Shown here: piece by piece, positions 11,501 through 23,500 of the stretch
How positions within the stretch are numbered: position 1 is the stretch's first letter
How the letters are laid out: each line of letters opens with the position of its first letter
Assembly: GCA_051362555.1 (NCBI GenBank)
Contig: CM120642.1
Coordinates: forward strand, 10,106,001 to 10,170,000
DNA: 64,000 nucleotides
Direction: 5' to 3'
Origin: Lingula anatina
Taxonomy: Eukaryota > Animalia > Brachiopoda
Position numbers and translations under genes: made by a program
Notes under the pieces: model-generated
Databases searched by the model: none
What the model saw: the letters and a program-made list of their open reading frames with translations, nothing else
Told to the model about the DNA's origin: nothing

Positions 11501-14500
11501 AGACATTTATAGTGTCTGTATTAGTATGTTTTAAGATAAAGAAGTCTGCAGTTTTCATGACATTTTTCACAGGATTTTTTGCAGTACCATTATTTTGTTA
11601 CCTATGACTTGGCTTGGAAGAGAGGAGTTTCTCAGTGAGGCCTTTGAGTAAGTTTACCTTTTCTGAAATATATATATATGTTCTTGTTTTTTCCCTAAAT
11701 GTCTAGAAAAACCCAGCAACAAGTTGACCCAGAATTTGAAAAATGAAGAAAAATCTCTCAGCAGAACCAGCATTAACTCTGATACCTCACAGGTTAGTGT
11801 TACAGTCAACACATTGTTTATCTTACTATTTTCTGTCACAACTAGCACAATTTACCATATTCCAATAGTTATCATATCTAACACATTCACCAGATCATTT
11901 TTGACTGAAATCTCTCATATTTTCAGTACTATGTCATATAAGATACTTCATTACATAATATCCAATTGATTATTAGGCTTAATATTGATACGAAAATTGC
12001 AACTCAATTGCCAAAAGCAATATTTTACTTATAGCAAATGACTCAATAGGATTAAGAAACCTTAATCCTTAGTTATAATCTTTTATAGCTTGAAAAATGA
12101 TGGAAAGTGTTCTTAACTGTTTACCCCTCCCTATCCTCCCAAATTGTGTTATTTATGTATTGAAACTTTATTGGCTACTTGCTCCCTTGTAACATCTGAC
12201 CTGAAGTGAATGAATTTCTTTTCCAAATGTACATGTTGGTCATTGCTCAAAAGCTTTATACTCATACCTAAATTTTATCCAACATGTGGATAAATTAAGT
12301 ATTTTTCATAAAAAGATTTGCTTTACACAATTTGCAAATTCTTTTGTAATAGAGGCCCAAAAGGAGACGAAGGGTAATTTTTGTCTTATTTTTACTTTGG
12401 ACAGCTTGCTCTTGCTCTGTGGTTCACAATTTTTAGTTCTTTTAGAATTTTTAGACCACTTCCTCAGTGCAGCCCTTATCAGAATTCCTTCCAGCATGGT
12501 TCAAGACCATATATGTAGTATCTCAGAGTAGTATTATTCAAAATAAAAAGCGAAGAAACAATTTTTACAAAGTTGTGATTTTACTATTTGAGAATCTTAG
12601 CAAAATGATAGTTGCTACATGATGACAATTAAACTGTTTTTTGAACTTAGTCAAGTCAAAATTCATTCTGTAGACATTATTGCTAACATCTCCATGTGGT
12701 TATACTGTAGTTTACATGAACATGCATGTGCATGAGGGTACGTGTCCTTTTCCCAACTGTATTATGTTTTTAAAATTTGTATTCACAAGAATATACATTG
12801 TGTGTGCATATAAACAATGGACACAATTGAAAGCTGAGTATATTTCAAAAGTTCAAATGTTTTTTGTGCTTACAAATTTGCCAATTTGCTGATGAGGTTT
12901 AATTTCACTAAAGACCATCCATTATTTTCTTTTATATGTTTCCACTGCATGGGCAGTGAATGTAGTTGTCTGCATGGCTTACTTTGTGAATGTTGGGTGT
13001 CCTTTCAGATGTCAACTGTCTCAGTAACCGCCAGTGTCACCTCTTCTCAGGGATCTGTCACCAAACAAGGTTGTAACCATGACAATGGCAGCAGCTCGGC
13101 AGTGGCACCTCAGAAACGCAGATCACTTATTGTACCACCCTCGAAAATGAGTCCAGCAGGTAGGTTACTTGTGACTAGTAGAGAACTGGAATGGACAGGT
13201 TGAAATGTTGATATGGAGCAGTTTGTTAGATAGATAGATAGATGAAGATGAGTAAATCCTTTATTTCCTTTTTATCTATGCAGTTTTTTTCCTTTTGCCG
13301 TCACTGTGACAATGTAAATTTGCATATGAAAAAAAAAATACCCCCCAAAATTAAAGTTCATTGTTGAGGTGGTGGAATCCCCTGCAAAATGTATCCAGAT
13401 TTTGTTTTTTTTTTATATAGAATAGAGAATGTGTAAGCTTAACACATTTGTAACCTGTGTGTCTCATGAAATCGCCTGATACTTCGAGAAAATGGATAAA
13501 ATCTTTCACGTGTCATTTTGATAAGATCAGCCCTTCCCACTCTGGCGCCTAATTTAACATTGTGACATTCTCAGAGAAGAAGTGGTAGCTATTTTTACAC
13601 AAACCCATCAATTTCCCCCTGAATTCACCCTAGAATTCAGCAGATAGTTTCATTAGGAGGGTATTGATCGGTCTTAAACTAAGCTTCTCTGCATTTGATT
13701 TCCATGATGACTTGGCTTGCTCTGAAAAAGCTAGATGCGGAATGAGATGTCTGTTTCCATATTGAGGATGCAATGGTGAAATTTGTTCCAAGTAGGTTGT
13801 TTTGATATTTTTTGTTTCCATCAATCTTTTTTGTATGGTTTTAGCCTGGTATGAGTCTGTCCATAGCATTATGCAGTTGTTTATTTTATAGGTTATACAT
13901 TATGTAAACCAAGAGAAAAATATTGTACACTTGAAACTGATCTTCAAGTAGAAGCATTATATTTTGTTAAAAAATATCAATTTTCTATTTTTCAAAGTTC
14001 CCACATCATTATATTAATACGTATTTTGTGCACTCTTAAGCATAGATACTCAGTCCTTGGTATACTGCTATTGCTGATGTTATTCATTAGAGCTAAGCAT
14101 TTTGACCTGCTGCCATGTTGCCAGCCCTGGTATTCGTTAAGCTGCGAAACCAATTGGTATCTCTTAGCTGCTGATAATAATGGTAATATGCCTATTGAAA
14201 TGAAGCCATGTGATGCTATTTGACATTCACAGTAATGCATTACTGATGACTGCTTATAGATTCCAAATGGAAAAGATCAGTGTGTAACATCCGTTTATGG
14301 ATTGATCCACAGTTTACAGATATTTGGTGGTGTTCTTTCTGAGTTCATATGGAGATCAAATCAATAGAATAATTAGTTGCTCAGAAAATTAACCATGGAC
14401 CCAGGACTCATCAAGATATGAAGCATGATTGGTCAGTGTGGTGACGAGCTCGGCACTTTAATGTTAGTCAGTGTCATTGAAACTGACTAATCACAGGAGG

Positions 14501-17500
14501 TCTTAGTAAACATTCCCATGGTGCAGTTGGCAGGCATAACTTAGCTAAATGACCTCGGTGGTCTTCCAGTTATTCTGAAATCGTCTCTGCTCCAAGGGTA
14601 CTGAAGTGCTCTGTGGTCCCTGAGGCTGATCTTACATAAGAACTACAAGACCCTGAATTGATTTTTTGTTGCTGCAGACTGTGTGGATTGTAAATTCTGA
14701 CGCAGAGCTGGGATAAACTGGAACGGCCACATATGTAACGCCACACAGACATTTTCTGAGTGTTAAACACTAGAGGCATAGTGCTTGGTCTAAGGCTTTG
14801 GTACAACTGGGCTGAGGTCTTTATTTTCAATATTTACTTATTTGTCTTGAGTAAAAAGCTTCTAAGAATTGTTCAAAGATGAAGTTCGAGGGTTTGTCAA
14901 AACTGATGAGTAAGTATTCTTCATTTTGTGTTTATTTTGCAGCATATTTCCTGCTATTTTTTCCAACTAATTAATTAACAACTAATAGTAAGTAAAAGTT
15001 AGATTGAAGAAATTTATTTTCATTAAAACATATCATGTTTTCTCTATACATATTTTTAAAATTTGGTCAGATGAAGTTTTTCTGTTATATTTTAGAATCC
15101 AGAAGAGGTGCAAGTACTACAGCCAGCTCAGGGAAAACTGCCCCAAAAACTGCTGGAAAGAAAACAGAAACAGGACCACAGAGCCCAGCCACCAGTAATA
15201 AGAAACCACTGAGTAAGTCAGAGAGAGTTTTTTCCTTTCACATGTAAAAAAACCCTGAAAGATATTTTTCATTTTGTTCAAGGTAGTTCCCTTGCCACTT
15301 GGCAAAATGGTCAGCTGACTGGCTGTACTTGTCATGAAATGGTGTAATTATGTAGTCATCACATTTTGCCATGACTTATTATTTACTCTTAATGTCATTG
15401 ATTTCATTAATTTTAAATTAGATAAAGGATTTATAAACATAGTCACACTCTTGTCACTTGCATTAAGTGGGAGGGATTATTTTGTTTTCACGGTAAAGTG
15501 TGATGCTTTTTTGTGCATTTATAAATAATTATTTCCCTTAGAGACACGCTTGAAGTAGTGCAGATCTGTGGGCAGAATGCTTCAGTAATTTTATCTGAAA
15601 ATGCATTAACAGATGCCAAGAAGCGAGATCAATATGAAAATGTGCATCTTCTTTGTTACTAAATGATTAATTTGTCTTAGATTGATAGCGTAGGCAGTGG
15701 AGTAAATTGCACACATTAAGTCACTAAATGAGGTTGATTGTTACTCAAGCTTTTTTCCCCATTCTGTTCAGCAGATGGTTCTTTGATTCCAACTGAGCAG
15801 TCATTGATGAGTTTTATTGTTTCACCATTAATTCTTGATTGCAGATTTTAAGATAATATTTTGAAGTTATTCTATACTGGATTTTCATGCAAAATCTAAT
15901 TTTGCTTTAGAATAAAGCAATTGTAGTCTTCCTTACATTTCAGAAATAAATGACAACATCAGGCATTTATAACTGAGGAGTTTTATCATTTTAACATATG
16001 AATAAGGAAAGATGAGTAACTTTGGGGTGCTTAGATAAAAAATGTCTTTGATACATTTTCAAACATGTATAGTATATTTTTAAGCAAGGATATTATATGT
16101 GTAGCCTTAGAAATACTATCAGTTTCCAGTCCACTTTCACTCTTTGATTGGAGAGTAGCACTTAAATAGATGAATGTATTTAGTCACAATGTTGACAATT
16201 GAAACAGCATGGTAAAAAACATACTGATATCACTGAGCTTAACCTTATTTTTGTGAAGAGTAAGTCTATTTGTTGGAACAGTTGTCTTCCTAATTAGGTA
16301 TCACCTGCACAAGATGTAGAGAGTGGAAAACAACAACAACAGTACCTGTTTACCTGTTGTTCCACCTCTTGTTGCGGATATTGATTCATGTTCCACATGT
16401 ACACTTTCTTTCAAGTTTCTCAGATCTTTCTTGATTGATTCTTGTTTCAGTTTCTGCCTGAAATCTCTCTAGATTAGTGTCCTATAATGTGTTTTTGGTT
16501 TACCACAATTGATTCATGCTCCTTTTCCAAATCCGTAAGGTATCTTTTGGTTGCTTCATCTTACTTTTTTAGCCTCTAATTGTACTTGAAGTGTCCATTT
16601 GACTCTTTGGGTTTCTTTAATTGATATGTGCAGCTGAGATTTGTTTCTTTATGTCCCTCTCTCTTTTTAAAATATGTGCATGATGTTTTTAGTGAGATTT
16701 GATTTCCAAAAAGAAAAGTTAGTTCATATAAACATTTATACAAACTCTTGCACATTTATAGAAGCATGTTTTCTAGTATTTTCCATATTCAATTTTTTTT
16801 CATGTGTATAATTTGTTTCTGCTTGAAATAAGATTATAAAATCCTAAAGAAGAACCTACTATGATCTCAGCAGTACGTAGGGGATGTACAGTAATGACTC
16901 TGTGTTTTCAGAGGGGAAAATTATCAATAATTGAGGTACTTCATTTTAAATCATTAAAAATTTATATAGCATTATTTATAGTGGTGCTTTTACTGTATAG
17001 AACAGAACTATTAAGTTAGCATGGTTTTCAGTTTTGTTGTTACCACTCAATAGGAATGTTCTAGTTTTAAAAATTAATGACTTGAAAAAATACATTATCT
17101 GTAAAATTCATGATTTTCTCCATTGAAAAGATTGAGTCATTACTGCTACAGTAGTTTCTGATCCTCAGGTGCTGCTGGCTGACTGTACATCAGAAAGTAA
17201 CCGAGGTATCGCCTTGGGGAGATGTTTTTCCTCTAATTACTCATGGTTTTTGGCAGTATTCTAGTGGAGAAAGATTCAGTTGAGGTTTTACTCTCGGGAT
17301 TTTTTTTTTTTTTTTTTTGTTACTCACGATTTGTGTTGAAGGCCAATATAACCAGCTGAGGTTCTTTCAGTTTTTTCTTTTTGTCTTTCCTTCTCTTTTA
17401 AATTCTTAATACTCTTGTCAGCATTGGAGTTAACTGACTGAAATGACTGATCTGATGAAGTCATGGAGGATGGAACAATATTTTCCGATCATTACGTGTT

Positions 17501-20500
17501 GTTTTCTTTAGAAAATGATTAACTGGGAGAAAAAAAACTGCAGTTATTGACTGGTGGTAACTAGACTGATTGTACATCTGTATACATTAGAAGTCATTGG
17601 TGGCCATACAGGTTGAAGTTTGGTTTCAGCTTTGGCTGATATGAAAATCAATTGTTACATTACCTTACAATCACTGTGGAGCTTGGCATGTTGGCTGCAG
17701 TGGAATATCTTCAGTACGATTTTAGATAGAATTCAGATGGGATGAGTTAACATTCTTAATGGAATTCATTGAGGTTTGAGAATCATTTAAATGCCAAAAG
17801 TTTTTTGTCAGTTAGAGGAGTTGAGAATTGGATGCGATTAGATGATCTAGCTGGGTAGTGTGAATAGACTTGCCAGTTTCATAATGGTTTTAGAAGGTAG
17901 GTACTTAACAAGTAAAAATATAACTGAGATTGTTTTATCATGAAAATGAATTTATGTATGTTTTTTTAAGTGTAAAATGATTTTAAATTACTAAGGAAAC
18001 TTCAAGTCAGTTGTCACGTTCTGAGAGAACTGAATGCTGTATGGATAAGCCCCAATATAAGTTGGAATGAAGACAAGTAAAACAGCTAGAATGCATTGGA
18101 TATAAGTTGTTTGTATAATAACTTTTTTAATTCTTTCATTTTATATCAATTCTAAAGCACTGATGAATGCGTGTGTGTGAGCAGAAACAATTCTATATTT
18201 ACCTCATGATTGATTGATTAGCTTTTTCAAAATTTTATTCACTTTTTAACCAAAGCTAGAAAATTTCTCATTATTGGAAGAAAGTACTGACAACATTGAT
18301 TGTCTTTAAGGGAGAATCCTAGGAGAGAAACTATAAATACACTATATGTTGCTCAATGTTTTGCAGTAATTACATTTTCCCTTCCTTGGAGTCTTCCTCA
18401 GAAAAAACCACTGAGCGTGTGCATATAGGTGTCTAGGTCTATGGTTGCCAATACTGTCTGGGAGGGTAGTGGGAAAATTCAATAAGTAACTGCTTGTGAA
18501 GAATTCTAGGAGATAGTGGAGACTTGCCCATTGATTGCTTGAAAGAAATGATGGCAGAGTTATGGCATACAGTGATGGTAAGAGGTTTTACTTGTTTTTG
18601 TCATTGGGTCTATTTATTTTATCAGAAAGACTGAGTCAAACCTTTTTTAAGGTGGTCTTTGGAATGCTTTATTGGTGTTTTGTAGGGTGCTGATTCATTA
18701 AGAAGTGTCTTGTCAATACATGTTTTATACAGTGTTTTATATAACCATAGCAGTTGTGTTCTTTTTTGATATGTGCCTACAACAATGAACATTTTTGTTG
18801 CCCTATGTTATGTGCAATTGAATCTCACAACTAAGATTTTCCAAACAGCATCGATCACATGAAATTTTATATGATAATGGAAACCAATGGGTATTAACTA
18901 AAGTCATTTAAAACATGTCTTGTATTTTGCTCTTAGATAAAATCTTTGAACTGATTTACATCTGTATTATCACATATACTTGTAGGTACAGGTATCATAA
19001 GGTTGGCAATTTTCTAGTGGTCAAAATATACATATTAGCGTTCCCCATAATATTAACACTATGATACCCTTAAAGTTAAATAGTAAGAAGGGAGTAATCA
19101 TTGTAAAAGTTATATAGAATGCATATAACCCTTTAAAGTCAGTGCATCTATTTTTTTAGCAGCCAGTGTTATTCCTGGGTCAGAGATGATGCACATAATA
19201 AGCAGATTGCAGTTTGTTAGTTGAGACAGTTCTTGTCTTCTTAAAACACAATGGGTGGAATATGAGGTCTTCGTGCCTTCATACTGCTTGTTAGAATTGC
19301 ATGTAGCTGAAGTGAATTGGATATTATTTTCTATAGGAAGAATCCAGTGAACACGATGCCAGTGACCCCAAAACTGTTGTCAGGAAAGAATTTCTAAAGG
19401 CCACTCTTATTTCATAAGAGCCATGGCATTCATTGACTTGGTCTTCATTCATACTTGCAGTATCATTACAAATTTCATTTTGGTATTGCTTTATTTGTTG
19501 CATCAGAATATGCTTGAGTACCCACAAAATATCGGTCTTTTTTGTGATTTACCCTAGCTGAAACGTTCAGTGCCATGCCTGTATATAGACACAAAAATCG
19601 AAACATTTCAGAATGACCTTATAGTACCTATCCTTCTTTCTATGGGGGTTACATGACAGACAGTTATCCATCTGTTGTGTTATTGTTTACAGGTAAAATC
19701 TGGCAATGTGACATGGGCCTGTAGAGTATCACCTTGTTTTTCTTGGCAACAAGGGTTCCCCTAACAGCACTTTTGTACACCAGTGCCAGATTTAGAATAG
19801 AACATCTGCTAGCTTATGAAACACAGAGTGGGTGATCTACTATTATTTTATCACCAGATGGGAGATGAATTAATCATACATGATGTTTTTATTGGGCTAT
19901 GAAATGATAATAACCCTATCCATCTATTTAATTGTTGACAGGTTATTGCCAAAAGGAAGAGATTCATAGTGATTTCATGATGGTTATTGAGTTACAATGT
20001 CTCAGAGTGCTAATATAGCAATATTTTCTTTGTTGAAGTCATCATGAGCATGTTGAAGAGAGTTGTGTTGCAATGTCAACGTTAGTGAATCATTACTGCA
20101 TTTGGCTGTTAAATTGGTAAGCAAATGAAAGAAAAAAAATGTTAGAAAAGCAGGTAGCTTTTTGACTAGTGAGCTGTTTTTTCTTTTCCTGTTCTTGTAT
20201 TGTTTTGGCTCAAGAAAAAAAATACCAGCATAGGCATTTGAAAGTTTGATTTCAGTTTGAAAGTACACACTAAGACTCATTTGATCTCCCTGTCTTTATA
20301 AGAAAGAGATACAATCAACCAAGACAGTAAATGGGCTTTTTATCAGTTGATTACTAAAATGAATCCAGATAGATGATGTAAGCTTATAAACCAAACTTTT
20401 TGCCATGAAACATTGAAAAACAAAACAATGAAAACTTTTCGAACTCCCTTAGTCTTCTTCTTAACCAATGGCTTACATATGTGAAGAATTCATGCAAAAA

Positions 20501-23500
20501 AAGCTCTTTCAGACTTAAGCTGTTTGATTTATGAATGGAGCCATCCAGTTGTATGATCACGCAGGAATAAATACTCTCACTTCATTTCACACTTTGAGAT
20601 CAAAGGAGAGCCAAGAATTGTTGTTTGGATCTAACAAGGAAAACAATGAGAATATCAGGTCTGCAGTTTATATTCAAAATATGTGATTTAAAAAAGTGTT
20701 CTCAGGCTTGCCCTAGTTGACATGTAGATATGGTATATCAAGTGTCATTAAAAATTGCCAAAAAATGTTGATAGTAGATGTAAAAAATAGATATGAATTA
20801 ATAGAATTTTTGACATGCCAATATTGAATAGTGATAAACTTGATGGGATATCAATTATATCATATATTAAGCACATGTGTTATATAGAAGTCAATGCATT
20901 GAGTCAGAAGTATGTTTATTTTAAATAACTGTTTGATTGCAGTGGTTGATAAACCCCTTCCTTGACACTTTTTTTACTATATTTTTATTTTACTATATGC
21001 CGTTTTGCTTAAATTATGAGGCCATTCACCTTGAATAAACGAAAACGAAGAAACAATATTAATCCAATTCAAATAATGTGCCCATTGATTTCAAAGACAT
21101 AAATCATTTGATTTGAATAAAAAAAATGTAAAGTAACCTTGGTCTTGGGCTGAAAGGGCAGTCACTGATAATGTTGGTTTCTTTGATCACGTCCGAGATC
21201 CTGAATTTGAAGATCATGTCCCCGTTGGTGTTTGACTCTCTCCTTAGCCATATCCTGTATGCTACAGAGAGGGACTGTACTTGTGGTTTCCAAACCGGGA
21301 ACCAAATTCAAAATTATCCTGACTTTAAAGTTTTCACAGCAGGAAGGTTTAAAAAAAGGAGAAAAGGAAATGAAATTGAGATCTTCTGCTACATGTTGTT
21401 CTTGCTGACATCAGACTCCTTGCTTTTAGTTGTATTGGAAACAAATTGTGAGGGAACTAGTATTGTAAGCACTGTTGTCAGGACCCAAAGAATTCAGGTT
21501 TACTGCTTGACCTTGTACATACAGAGAGAAAGAGAGAGAAAATGTGAGAAAGTCTATCTCCAACTCTGTAGAAATTACTGAAACTCAGAATCCCCATCAT
21601 TAATAACGCCCTCTCTTTTTATTAGGTAGATAGTTATTTGTTAAAAGTGAGGAGTACAAGGGCAGCTATTTTACCATGATTTTTGGTATGACCTGGCCAG
21701 GGATGACACCCTAAATTGACATTGCAAGAACTCAATCAGTAAAAGCCATCTGGCTGATATGGTGTAAGATTTGATGTGGTTTCTGGTTAACCATCCTATA
21801 TGTATCTGTCGTGTCCAGGCACTAATTATGATATTATACCAACAGTAAACAGAAAAATCCACAATCCACAAAAAATTAAATATATGCTCTTGTTACTTTG
21901 CGATAAAGCCATTCCTTCCTCAGCTGCCATATGGAATACAGAGATGAATTTTTAGGGAAGATGCACAGAATAAGGCAATTAGATACTGAAACTCGCAACA
22001 GTAATCAGCAGGGCTGGGTTTTTGGTAAATAGAAGTATTTATTTATTTAAATTTGTAGTGATTTCATTATCACCCAATTTCTTATTTTAATATTTAAGCA
22101 TTGGATGAGATATATAAGCAGTTTCCTTAATGGTTGTACTATATCAAGCAAAAAAATTGTTATGTTTATTAACTATCACATTAAATTATTGGAAATTAGA
22201 TTGCGGAAAAGCAACAGGTTTCATATCATGGGTTTTAACTGGTATAAAATTAATTATTACTGTTTCAGATTTTAAAAAAATAATGTTTAGATATTTTCAA
22301 GTATTCTCCAGTTTAATCTATTAATCCCACTGTCTTCACTGTAATGATTGCATAAAAAAACAGAATGGAAAGCAATAAATCTGCCTGTCTAGAGCTTTGT
22401 AAATCCGCAGTGTCAGCAGCCCTCCAATCATTTCAAGCACTGTCAAGTGAGCCGTCAGTGGGTATTGAGAAATGATATCAAGAGTTGTGGTATGTATATC
22501 TCAATCATGCTGAGGATTATAGTGGTCATATTGCAATCTGCTGGGTTGGTTTATTGTGTAGCTGTCAAACAAAATGCCTGAAACATGGGGTATACATGTA
22601 GTTCACAGCATATGTTTAAGCTATATTTTTCTTGTCTGTGTCAGCAGGCAGGGGTGTCTTATAGATTACAGCTTAAGTCTCAAGCAAGGATATATTATAT
22701 AATGCTTGTCTTTTGCAGCAACATCCAGATTGGCTGAATAAATAGCAAGGCTCCTAATGTATCATTTTTGCCAATATGCCAATATCTCAGGCTCAAAAGT
22801 TTGATGGAGATGAGGTTTTAGCTGTTTATCTGAGAAAAAATAAGAGTTGACGTAGTTAAAGACCTTCATCCTCTTGTTCAATTTTTGCTTCTGAATCATT
22901 AGTACAACATTTTGATTTTGATAGATTAAATTCACTTAAAAGGGGATGTTGATTGCATTTTATCATAAGGAACCTGCAGCTTTGTGATCAAAATAAAAGA
23001 TCCAACCTATAACTGATCTTAAATAACTAATTTATATCCACCAACTTTGTTTATTACTTTATTCATTATTATTATTATTTTATTATTTTATTTATTATTA
23101 TTATTATTTTTGTAAATATTGTGAATTTAATTTGTTATCGCCATAGGCATCAGGTAGGTAATAAGTATATACAGTGGCAGGTACAAACCACTGTGTGCAA
23201 CTTGCATGCAACTTGACAATAACACTACATTACACCTGATGTAATATCTCATGAGACCACTGAATATCATTGATCAAAATCTTGAAATATTGGCTGTCTG
23301 GTATGAAGTGTTTGTTAAAGAGAGAGAATAAAAAAGTTCAGTTGGTGCCAATTCTATTCTTAATTGTAAATAACTAGTCTTTGTAGCCATGGACAGAATT
23401 ATGATGTAGCCAACCAATAGGAAGATGTTTTTTTCAAAGTTTAATCTGTTTATTCGTGACCTGTCCTCTGTCACCCATGACAAAAAATACATTAAACATG

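Noticed and set aside
13114-13146. RRSLIVPPSK as an EB1-binding SxIP motif
   Set aside because: Reads SLIV, not SxIP; non-canonical, so it cannot be supported from sequence alone.
22472-22495. ATG-led mini exon MISRVV|gtatgt as another alternative first exon
   Set aside because: Phase 0 does not match the phase-1 acceptor at 35125.
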